DNA from: Octopus sinensis
Taxonomy: Eukaryota
Reading direction: 5' to 3'
NCBI RefSeq assembly: GCF_006345805.1
Contig: NC_043000.1
Coordinates: 35,588,001-35,652,000, forward strand
Length of the DNA: 64,000 nucleotides
The position numbers and the translations under genes were made by a program. The notes beneath the pieces are model-generated. The model searched no databases. It had not been told where the DNA came from and worked only from the letters and a program-made list of their open reading frames with translations. This document shows, in pieces, positions 1 to 10,434 of this stretch (positions are counted from its first letter, which is position 1; each line of letters opens with the position of its first letter).

Positions 1-308
1 AACCACAGAAAACATGCTAAAGCTGACACTTGGGGCTTAGTCCAGCCCTGTAGCTTACCATATCCTGTCAAACTGTCCAACCCATGCCAGCATGGAAAAC
101 AGATGTTAATTATTGTTGTTGATGATGGTAATGATGAATCAAGAAATTGGAGAGATTTAGCATGCTAATTAACTTCTCGTTATTCTTGGAATAAAATTTA
201 ATAGGGTCTTACATGGTGGAAGGTTTTAATATAGTTGTGAACATTTTAAAATGGACAGTTTTAATCAAAGAAAATAAAGGTGGTTGAGCAGAATGTGAGC
301 GTACTCAC

Positions 309-441
309 CCTTAGTTGGGTTTCCAACTCCAAAATTAGGGAATCTGTAACAACTAACTGCCAGTCTTTTTCAAGTGGGCCCCTTGTAGAATCCCCAGGTA
401 TCCAAGACTTGAGCCATGATCGAATCCCTGACATAGACATT
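309..441 (-). CDS. Candidate coding exon (133 nt) of an unidentified minus-strand gene running off the left edge
   Basis: Minus strand: cttaat branch-like motif, tract tattcttttctttttttcag, donor AGG|gtgagt. One frame is open throughout: MSMSGIRSWLKSWIPGDSTRGPLEKDWQLVVTDSLILELETQLR. Protein not recognised. Confidence 0.6.
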
Positions 442-755
442 CTGAAAAAAGAAAAGAATAAATAAATAAAATTAAGACACCTCTTTCGGTTTTATCATTC
501 TCTTAATGCCACATAACACAACGAATTTAGGGTGAACCATTTCGAGGGTTATCTATGAGCAGTTTTCAGTTAAACCGTATTAGTAAAATATTTGTTCTTC
601 ACTTCTTAACGATGTTGGATGTCGTCACCAGTTGTGTTCATAACAGTAAATACAAACCTTCAAATGGCTATTATAAAGGAGCATCGGGGTTTTCCAACGT
701 TATTCGCCATCATGAAATTTTTACTAACATCCAACTGGTGATAATCACTCTAAGT

Positions 756-855
756 AAGGGGTAGGCAAAGTGATCGCTATTGACCCCTGAAGGTGTCTAT
801 GTGGTCGATATGTTATCGACGATTTCATGATATACAAGAAGTTTGTCGACCCCTG
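756..855. mobile_element. Short degenerate hAT-type MITE
   Basis: Imperfect TIRs aaggggtaggcaaagt / agtttgtcgacccctg. Flanks ctctaagt / ttttgagt (5/8, differences all transitions). Confidence 0.4.
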
Positions 856-929
856 TTTTGAGTACTATTGACTACGTACAAGCATGAAACATCAGAATAA
901 CATTAACAGGACAACGACATTACAGACCC

Positions 930-1331
930 GAAAGGCGGCGAGCTGGCTGAATCGTTAGCACGCCGGACGAAATGCTTAGCTGTATTTCGTCTGTCGCAAC
1001 GTTGTGAGTTCAAATTCCGCCGAGGTCGACTTTGCCTTTCATCATTTCGGAGTCGATAAATTAAGTACTAGTTACTAGTCGGTGTAATCGACTTAATACC
1101 TATGTCTGTCCTTGTTTGTCCCCTCTATGTTTAGCCCCTTGTGGGTAATAAAGAAATAGGTATTTCGTCTGCCGTTACGTTCTGGGTTCAAATTCTGCCG
1201 AGGTCGACTTTGCCTTTCATCCTTTCGGGGTCGATTAAATAAGTACTAGTTACGCACTGGGGTCGATGTAATCGACTTAATCCGCCTGTCTGTCCTTCTT
1301 TGTTTAGCCCCTTGTGGGTAGTAAAGAAATA
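930..1331 (+). mobile_element. tRNA-derived SINE family A, head-to-tail dimer with 14-bp TSD
   Basis: A-box-like GGCTGAATCGTTAG and B-box GAGTTCAAATTCC. Second, 5'-truncated monomer from ~1159. TSD gacattacagaccc at 916-929 and 1332-1345. Confidence 0.85.
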
Positions 1332-2221
1332 GACATTACAGACCCTATGGACACACAGAGTGCGGCTGTTGATCGAATACATATTTACATAATAATACAA
1401 ACATAAATGAGTAAATTTTGGGAAGAACACCCGCGCGAGTTTCACTGAGAAAAAAAAGCCTCGGACGTTTTAATTTACCCATAAATGAATATATATTATT
1501 AAATATATAATCTTTAATGCACAACTTTGATATTTCCTAGCAAAGATTAAAAAAAAAAAACAGAAAAACATTCTTAGAGAAGAATTAAGAAAACTGTTGA
1601 TATTTTATAAATGAGTAAAATTCGTGTAAACAGTATACAAACATCATTTTTTTTTTATGCAATGAATGGATTAATGCTTCTTAATATCAGAATTATTTTT
1701 GCGGAAAAGAAGACGAAAATGAACATACACAACAATATTTAAAACTGTTATTTTTTTATCTATTTAAAACGAATTTTCCTTAATCGTAATAAGGAGGAAG
1801 TCATTTTCGATAAGGATAAATAATTTTAAATGTCAAGACTTTTTGTTTTCCAAAATAAATTTTGGGGCCTAGAACTGAAAAAATGCTGATAATTTTAGGA
1901 AAAGGAAGATAGTAAATTATTTTAATTTCAGGACAGAGGGGGAAATGGGTTGATTATTTAAGGTAAGAAATCAAAAACATGAGTCAATTTTTTAAGATAT
2001 TAAGATCTGTAGTCGAAATTTGAAACAAGAAATGACAATTATTGTTTTAAAAACATTGTTGTATTCATCGTATAAAGGCAAGAAACAAAATATTAACTAC
2101 ATCGAAATATGCTGTTATGTAAATGATACATGAAATAAATTCACTTCATAGATTTAAATATTGTTGTAATAATAATAATAGTAAATGCAACAAAACAATA
2201 AATCAAGTGTGACAGTGTGTG

Positions 2222-2226
<5 letters not shown>

Positions 2227-2290
<64 letters not shown>
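2227..2290. repeat. (TA)n microsatellite
   Basis: Uninterrupted TA run. Confidence 0.95.
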
Positions 2291-2295
<5 letters not shown>

Positions 2296-2609
2296 TCAAT
2301 GGTATTAGAATAATGGTCATCGTTGAAAAACATAAAAGAAAAGATGATTTCGAGGTTGCTTACCGGTCATATACCAGCGACCCTGTTATCTCTCAACAAT
2401 GTTGTTAAACAACGCATCTGTTGACAATTAGTAAATACGAAACTAAATCCAATTAGTAGCAGATGCAGACTTCTAAACAGGAATATAACAACCCTTTCCT
2501 CAGTGACGACTGCTTTAATAAATTTCTTTTTAATTACAAAGTAAAACCCGGGTTATCCTACCCATGATACATCGTTTCTCTATCTTTCAAATATAACGAG
2601 TAATTGCAA

Positions 2610-2790
2610 TTATTGTTTAGCCCTAGGTTCGTCGTGATCGAGAATACCATGATCAAAGATACCGTCCTTTCATGTGTATCTCAGATTACATTACCTAATG
2701 TGTCCTTCGTTATTTTAAGACGGTAGTGTGTCCTTTATGGAAGGTTTAGCTGTTGTTTCTAGCAAGATGACTCTGTAGAGAGACTCGTTG
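2610..2790 (+). mobile_element. Dispersed repeat (probable SINE tail family D); related fragments near 56170-56345 (+), 60060-60210 (-) and 60760-60900 (-)
   Basis: Shared motif ...ggtagngtgt(ga/cc)tttnnggnaga/ggtttagctgntntttctagca... recurs in the window. Confidence 0.5.
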
Positions 2791-3030
2791 ACTCCTATAA
2801 TGGATGTTGGTAACAGAGATATTAAATTCAGGTGTGAGAGAGACCTGAAAAGCTTCTGAATATTCTAGAAAAATGTTACCAATGAAGAAAGTGGCACTCA
2901 AGACTATTTATAAATATATTTTTATTTTTGTTATAGTTTATTTATATTTACGGAAAATTGTGTCAAATAGCAAATATTTGAAAATATAAAAAACCCTACT
3001 CTATTTTTCAACATTATCTTTGTGTGTGTT

Positions 3031-3165
3031 CCGCCCGAGGTCGACTTTACCTTCCATCGTTTCGGGGTCGATAAATTAAGTACCAGTTGAGTAATGAGGG
3101 TCAATGTAATCGACTATTCCCCTTCGCAAGATTTCAGGCCTTGTGCCTATAGTAGAAAGGATTAT
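3031..3165 (+). mobile_element. SINE family A, 5'-truncated
   Basis: gaggtcgactttaccttccatcgtttcggggtcgataaattaagtacc... same body as 930-1331, with the alternative tail ...ggccttgtgcctatagtagaaagg. Confidence 0.8.
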
Positions 3166-3205
3166 CTGTGTGTGTGTGCTTGCGCCCGCGCGTGTATGTG
3201 TGTGA

Positions 3206-3237
<32 letters not shown>

Positions 3238-3724
3238 ATGTATGTATGTATGTATGTATGCATGCATGCATGCATTGAATGCATGCGAGTGTGTGCGTGT
3301 GTGTAAATTAGATGGCTAATGAACAGAATCTATAATATAACTTAAGATTAGTTGAGAAGCTGTGAGAAATCAGATATTCAAATTGAGATAAATTTAATGA
3401 TACTATTAAAGGTTTATAAATAATTAATGTTTTGTATAGACATTACCTGGGAGAATAATATCTCACGGAACGATCGACCTACAAGATGCAGATTGCTGAT
3501 GAGAGAGAAGTAATTCTTTAAAGATATCTGCCTGGTACCATCATTGGAAAGTAGCAGACAACAAGCTGCCAATTGTTGACGATAATGAGTGGGAGGTGGT
3601 AGGCACAAGATGATATTTCGTTGTCACTCGGATAAAAGTAGTTATCTGACTTATTCAATCAACAAGCAGATTTGCTGATAAAAGCAAAGACGTAAAATGA
3701 TCAAGTGTAGTGTGCACCCCGCAG

Positions 3725-3989
3725 ACTTTGTTTCCTCATAACTTTCAGAAAAATGGATATTTTTAATATAAAATTTTCTATAAATCCCTTCAGATGGCAT
3801 AGATTCCGATTATATCGGAATTTGTTGTGGAAATTGTTTTCTGAGGCATGGGAGAGAAGTTTCGCAAAAATTTACACGTGTTGCCTTTGTTTCCTCATAA
3901 CTTACAGAAAACTGGGTATCCTTAATGAAATTTTCTACAATAACCTTTCAGAGTGTGTAGATTACGATTATATCAGAGGTTAATATTAA

Positions 3990-4027
<38 letters not shown>

Positions 4028-4055
4028 TGATTATGATGATGATGATAATAATAAC

Positions 4056-4097
<42 letters not shown>

Positions 4098-4468
4098 TGC
4101 TAGGCGTGCACACATTCATACTGACACACATCACATATGAATGAAACTTGAAATTTCGAAAAAAAATTGCTATGTGTCAGTATTTATGAGTGCCTGCCCA
4201 TCGTTTTCTCTTCTTTTTTTTTTCCGCATCAAATTCTGATATAAATGTAACCTACACAAACTGAAAGACATTCGTAGAAAATTTCATTTAAAAAATACCC
4301 AATTTTCTGAAAGTTATGAGAAAATTTTCCAAAATTCCTTTTCCCACTCCTGGAAAACTTTTTTCCCATAAATTCTGATATAAATTGAATCTATACCATC
4401 TAAAACATAATTGTAAAAAAAATTATTTAAAAAATTCGATTTTTCAGAAAGTTATGAGGAAACAAAGT
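3725..4468. mobile_element. Fold-back element: two ~160-bp tandem units mirrored by two inverted units, (AAT)n in the centre
   Basis: actttgtttcctcataactttcagaaaaat (3725) is near-perfectly inverted at attttcagaaagttatgaggaaacaaagt (ends 4468). Second unit starts ~3885; its inverse is near 4300. Confidence 0.65.
3989..4097. repeat. (AAT)n/(GAT)n microsatellite
   Basis: Direct inspection. Confidence 0.9.
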
Positions 4469-4941
4469 TGGTCACAGTTATGTAGGTATGCCTGAATGTA
4501 ACTATATTTTCTTTAAATTATGCCGTTTTGTAACTATATTTCTTTATGACACTATATTTTCTTTAAATCAAAAAAACCTTGATACTGTGAACCTAATTGT
4601 TTAATTACCATATTTACTCATTTATCAGGTGCACTTGTGTATAAGTCACACCTCCAATTTGGTGTTCAATCTTGGAAGAAAGTCTTTTTCCTGTCACAGT
4701 TTTAGCTTTGCCCCATGCATAAATCGCACTCCAGTTCTTTTCATTTAAAAATGTCATTATTTCAATGAATTCATGTCAAGAAAGACTGGAGAAGACAAAT
4801 GTGGAACTTAAATTAATACATGATTGAAAAAGGTTTAAATTCTAAATTCATTTTTTACAGTTGCACAATATCACAAATGTTTAGGGAAAGCATGATGTCA
4901 TTTCAGTTTTTTGGGGTTTTTTTTCCAATAAATGACTGGTA

Positions 4942-5354
4942 AGGCAGTGAGCTGGCAGAAACATTAGCACGATGGGCAAAATGTTTAGTAGTATTTCGTC
5001 TGTCTTTACATCCTGAGTTCAAATTCCACCAAGGTCAACTTTGCCTTTCATCTTTTTGGGGTCGATAAATTAAGTACTGGTTGTGTACTGGGGTCGATCA
5101 AATCAACTGGCCCCCTCCCCCAAAATTTCGGGCCTTGTGCCTAGAGTAGAAAAGAATCATTAGCACACTGGGCGAAATGCTAAGCAATATTTCATCTGTG
5201 CTTACATTCTGAGTTCAAATTCCGCCAAAGTCGACTTTGCCTTTCATCTTTTTCGGGGTCGATAAATTAAGTACCGGTTGCATACTGGGGTCAATCAAAT
5301 CAACTGGCCCCCTCCCCCAAAATTTCAGGCCTTGTGCCAAGAGTAGAAAAGAAT
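4942..5354 (+). mobile_element. SINE family A head-to-tail dimer with CpG-decayed 12-bp TSD
   Basis: Two monomers joined at agaat|cattagcac. Flanks aaatgactggta (4930-4941) and aaacaactggta (5355-5366). Confidence 0.85.
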
Positions 5355-5683
5355 AAACAACTGGTATTCCTTTTTGGAAAAGCAGGGAACTGAAAAACAG
5401 AGTTTAAAATCAGAATGTACAGGGACATCATCATCATCATCATTTAACATCTATATTTCTAGGCAAGCATGAGTTGGATGGTTTGACAAGATCTAATGAG
5501 TCCAGGGACTGTATTGTACTCCACTGCCTACTTTGGCATACTTTCTAATGACTGGATGCCCTTCCTAATGCCAACCACTTTACAGCATGGGCTGGATGTA
5601 TTCTTCATGGCACCAGCACCAGAGAAGTTGCCAGGTACCTCGTAAAACTACATTGCCTTTGAGTGAAGCAGCTACAGTAGAGA

Positions 5684-6050
5684 TCATCATCATCATCATC
5701 ATCATTTAACATCCACTTTCCATGCTAGCATGGGTTGGACGATTTGACTGAGGTCTGGCGAACCAGACTCCAATCTGATCTGGCAGAGTTTCTACAGCTG
5801 GATGCCCTTCCTAATGCCAACCACTCTGAAAGTGTAGTGGGTGCTTTTACATGCCACCGGCATGAGGGCCAGTTTGGTGGTACTGGCAATGGCCATGCCC
5901 AAATGGTGTTTTTTACGTGCCACCTGCACAGGAGCCAGTCTAGCGGCACTGGAGACGACCTCGCTCGAATATTTCACATGTCACCAGCACAAGTGCTAGT
6001 AAGGCGACACGGTAACGATCACGCTCGAATGGTGTGCTTAACGTGCCATG
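5684..6050 (-). mobile_element. RTE LINE 3' UTR, 5'-truncated copy (another short copy at ~5427-5640)
   Basis: (CAT)n tail on + followed by ttaacatccactttccatgctagcatgggttggac...ggatgcccttcctaatgccaaccact. This is the same sequence that directly follows the RT ORF end at 14050-15215. Confidence 0.85.
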
Positions 6051-7539
6051 GAATTGGTATTTATGCTATCTTTTATATTTTACTTGTTTCAGTCATTAGA
6101 CTGCAGCCATGCTGGAGCACCTCCTTGGAGAAACATTTTTTAAGTCTGGTACTTATTCTATCAGTCACTTCTGCTGAACTGTTAAGTTACAGGGACATAA
6201 ACACACCATCACCGGTTGTCAAACAGTGTTGGAGAGGAGACAAACACACACATACACACACTCACACACACACACTTATACAGAGACTTCTCAAAATGGA
6301 GTAGACACCCTTCATTACACTTTTGTCCTAACATGAATGTTTAGGACAAATTTATGAAAAGGGTTAAGAATGAAATGTTCTGTTCATAGACATACCATGA
6401 TGCCAAATGCAAGATACAAACCATTTTTTATATAAAGTGTTTTAATTAGCGATTACATAGAATTTCCTTGGAAAATGGTTCTGTGTATAATATTGCAAAC
6501 ATCAAAGTAGAATGGAATTATTTCCTTAGAAATTGGTTTGGAATTTTAGCACAAGGCCAGCAATTTTTTGCAGAGGTGGTAAGTTGGTTACATTGATCTC
6601 AGTGTTCAGCTGGTACTTATTTTATTGACCCCAAGAGGATGAAAGACAAAGTGGACCTTTGCAGGATTTGAACTCAGAATGTAAAGCAGCATCTCATCTG
6701 GTGTGTGAGCAATTCTGCTCGGTCACTGTTTCATTAATTCTATAGATATTGAGGGAATAGTACTCTAGAAATAGAAACCATGGCAGTACCATTTTCATGT
6801 GTTTACACAGCACTGTTGTTCTTTGTATAGGAAGCTAATCTCTTTGTTACAAAAATAAAAACAAACAAAAAAGCAAAACAATAATTCCTCTAATTTCTTT
6901 GTCTGACTCCATGCTCTAGATTCTGTAATGTTATTGTATCATCTTTCATAATTAATTAAGTTACCATGGAAGTAGATTGTATTTACTACATCAAACGAGC
7001 CATCTTAGCAATAAGCCATTATATTTGGTCTATTGTAACACACTGTCTCATCAAATGATAGACTTAAAATGGTCTTTCATTCCACACAAAGATTCTACCA
7101 CCACCACCTCTTCCCATCATTACACTGCATGTCAACTATTGATTTTATTCCCTGCTTCTTTCTGCAATGGCTTAAGCAGAGCCATTTTTCCTGATGCTTT
7201 TAGAATAACAGGATATAAATTGCATCTTAGTTTTGCAAATTGCCATTTCTAGGTCTTTTGACTTAGATTCATTCATTCAGCTTTCAAAATTTCTCCACTG
7301 TATCTAAAACATTTTGGCAATTCATTTAACAATTTAGCATTTCGTTTTGTAATTCTTTCTTGAGTGAGCATGGAGGGCACATTGTGACCGAAAATAACAA
7401 GTTCCTATTTTAAGAGACGGTAACATATTAAGTATAATACATAAATGGTTATTTTAATTAAATGCTGCTTCAATTGCATATAATTACTATTTTTTCAGCC
7501 CAGTGGCTATTTGGCAAGACCAGTGAGAACAGTCAAAAT

Positions 7540-8455
7540 CAAGATCAAACCAAATTGAGGTCGATCAACATCAGGGCCCCCGTGCAGGTGACACGTAAAA
7601 GTACCATCCGTTTGTAGCCGTTTGCCAGCCCTGTCTGGCCCCCGTGTCGGTGGCACGTAAAAGCACCATCCGTTCGTGTTCGTTGCCAGCCTGGCCTGGC
7701 CCCTGTGCCGGTGACACGTAAAAGCACCATCCGTTTGTGGCCGTCTGTCAGCTCTGTCTGGCCCCCATGCCGGTGACACGTAAAAGCACCATCCGTTCGT
7801 GGCCGTTTGCCAGCTCTGTCTGGCCCCCATGCCGGTGACACGTAAAAGCACCATCCGTTCGTGTCCGTTTGCCAGCCCTGTCTGGCCCCCATGTCGGTGA
7901 CATGTAAAAGCACCATCCGTTCGTGTCCGTTGCCAGCCTCGCCTGGCCCCCGTGCCGGTGACACGTAAAAGCACCATCCGTTCGTGGCCGTTTGCCAGCC
8001 CTGTCTGGCCCCCGTGTCGGTGGCATGTAAAAGCACCATCCGTTCGTGCCCGTTGCCAGCCTCGCCTAGCCCCCGTGCCGGTGACACGTAAAAGCACCAT
8101 CCGTTCGTGGCCGTTTGCCAGCTCTGTCTGGCCCCCGTGTTGGTGGCACGTAAAAACACCATCCGTTCGTGTCCGTTGCCAGCCTCGCCCTGCCCCGTGC
8201 CGGTGACACGTAAAAGCACCATCCATTTCATGGCCGTTTGCCAGCTCTGTCTGGCACCTGTGCGGGTGGCACGTAAAAAGCACCCACTACACTCACGGAG
8301 TGGTTGGCGTTAGGAAGGGCATCCAGCCGTAGAAACACTGCCAGATCTGACTGGGCCTGATGAAGCCTTCCAGCTTCACAGACCCCAGTTGAACCGTCCA
8401 ACCCATGCTAGCATGGAGAACGGACGCTAAATGATGATGATGATGATGATGATGA
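7540..8455 (+). mobile_element. RTE LINE 3' UTR copy carrying an expanded ~61-bp VNTR (11 units plus terminal partial)
   Basis: Repeated cacgtaaaagcaccatccgttcgtggccgtttgccagc-ctgtctggcccccgtgccggtg units over 7590-8280, then ggcgttaggaagggcatccagccgtagaaac and a (GAT)n tail. Confidence 0.9.
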
Positions 8456-9046
8456 GTGAATGCATTCATTATTCACTATTTCCTATATATTGGAGGCAAA
8501 AGCTTTTGTTCAGACATCTGACCGTGGGTACACACCATTGGCAAGGCCCAAGAAAGCCAAAATACTTCTGATGTTCTTTGTTTATTGCTACCAGGATCAT
8601 TCTTCATCTGCCTTCAGTGTGTATAACACATACATACTATGTTTTTAACACAACACATCTGTAAGAGATTTTCTCTCAGCCAAAAACCACAGAACCTTGC
8701 CTGTCAGTGATTGTGCATGATATCAGATGTCTGTTATGAATTATGTCTTTTGGTAGATAAATACTTCCTCTAAATCAATTTTTGTTTCATTTAATGGCCT
8801 TATTAAAATTTATGTATTGGGAGATTTTTCATAAAATATAGATGGATTTAGTGAATTTTGAGGAAAGTGTTAGGCAAACAAAATACCAATCTCAAAAAGG
8901 AGACAACAAAAGTAGAATGTAAGCAGAGGGTTCAAGCTGAACTGAAGTAAGGCTGGAAAAGGATCAAATAAAGTCTATAGAATTTTATATATCAAACTAT
9001 TAAGCTACATAAATTATGTCCAACCCATGCCAGCATGGAAAATGGA

Positions 9047-9715
9047 CACAGTGGCTGTGTGGTAAGAAGTTTGCTTCCCAACCACATGACTCTGGGTTCA
9101 GTCTCACTATGTGGCACCTTGTACAAGTGTCTTTTACTATAGCCTTGAGCTGGCCAAAGCCTTGTGAGTGGATTTGATAGACAGAAACTGAAAAGAACCT
9201 ATCGTATATATATATATATATATAAAATTAAATAAGGGTATAAATTGATATTAATCAATTAAAACCAGTGGCTTAGCAAATTTTTTTTTAAATCCGAAGA
9301 TTAAAAATTTTATACATACAAAATTTAGAGGAATGACCACTAATAGTGGACAGCCTGTATGCTAGATATAGATGTCAAACTTGCCATTTACCATGAAGAA
9401 TGTGTTCTATTAGTGGTCATTCCTCTAAATTTTATATATATGTATATATACATACACACACACATATATTTATATGTATTTATGTGTGTGTGTCTATATC
9501 TTTGTGTCTGTGTTTGTCCCCACCACCATCACTTGACAGCTGATGGTGGCATGTTTATGTCCCCGTAACTTAACAGTTGGCAAAAGAGACTGATATAATA
9601 AGTACTATGCTTACAAAGAATAACTCCTAGGGTCGATTTCTTCAACTAAAAAACACTTTAAAGCAGTGCTCTGCATGGCTGCAGTCAAATGACTGAAATA
9701 TGTAAAAGAATATAC
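9047..9715 (+). mobile_element. tRNA/CORE-type SINE family B (OR2-like) with a nested insertion in its internal (TA)n
   Basis: gtggctgtgtggtaagaagtttgcttcccaacc head, CORE-like caccttgnncaagtgtc, tail ...gcagtcaaatgactgaaa. Foreign AT-rich segment at ~9225-9430. The OR2 name is an inference from the CORE-like motif. Confidence 0.75.
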
Positions 9716-9728
9716 ATACATATATATA

Positions 9729-10434
9729 CATCATCATCATCATCATCGTTTAATGTCCGCTTTCCATGCTAGCATGGGTTGGATGATTTTGACTGAGGGC
9801 TGGCGAACCAGACTCCAATCTTGATCTGGCAGAGTTTCTACAGCTTGATGCCCTTCCCAACGCTAACCACTCCGAGAGTGTAGTGGGTGCATTTTATGTG
9901 CCACCGGCACGGGGCCAGTCAGACAATACTGGCAATGACCTCACTCAAATCTTTTTACACATGCCACCAGCACAGGTGCCAGTAAAGCGACGTTACTAAT
10001 GATCATGCTCGAATGGTGCTCTTTTACGAGCCACCGGCGCGGAAGCCAGTTAGCTGCTCTGGCAACGATCACGCTCGGATGGTGCTCTTTGCACCCCACT
10101 AGCATGAATGCCAGTCATCAAATTTGATTTTGATTTCACTTGCCCAACAGGTCTTCGCAAGCAGAGTTTAGTGACCAAAGAAGTTTAGTTGACCACCAGA
10201 TAAGGTATTGGGGGACCCTGTCAAAGGCTTTCTCCATGTCAACAAAAGCCAGGTACAGAGGTTTATCTTTGGCTAGGTATTTCTCCTGCAGCTGTCTTAC
10301 CAGAAATAGAGCATCAGTGGTGCTTTTCTCTGACATGAAAACAAACTGCATCTCATCAAAACTGACTCTCTCCCTAATTTGTTGAGCTATGACCCTCTCC
10401 GTGACCTTCATTACCTGATCCAACAACTTGATTT
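9729..10434 (-). mobile_element. Internally deleted RTE LINE: RT fragment fused to 3' UTR
   Basis: Minus strand encodes IKLLDQVMKVTERVIAQQIRERVSFDEMQFVFMSEKSTTDALFLVRQLQEKYLAKDKPLYLAFVDMEKAFDRVP (non-LTR RT domains 1-3; ~10191-10434), then jumps into the 3' UTR (9729-10183). Confidence 0.9.

Noticed and set aside
4606-4941. Possible Tc1/Tigger-like element (taccatatttactc...gtgtataagtcacac)
   Set aside because: No convincing right-hand TIR or TA TSD found.
7590-8280. CRISPR-like repeat-spacer appearance
   Set aside because: Variable parts are only 6-10 nt loops, units are contiguous tandem repeats within a LINE tail, the DNA is eukaryotic, and there are no cas genes.
7507-8313. Long overlapping ORFs (258, 228 aa etc.) on both strands
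   Set aside because: They are translations of the ~61-bp VNTR in the RTE 3' UTR: stop-poor GC-rich repeat, no domain.
8350-8375. ctgatgaagcc resembling a hammerhead core
   Set aside because: It is a variant of the RTE tail sequence gcctggtgcagcc, with no stem II or GAAA partner.
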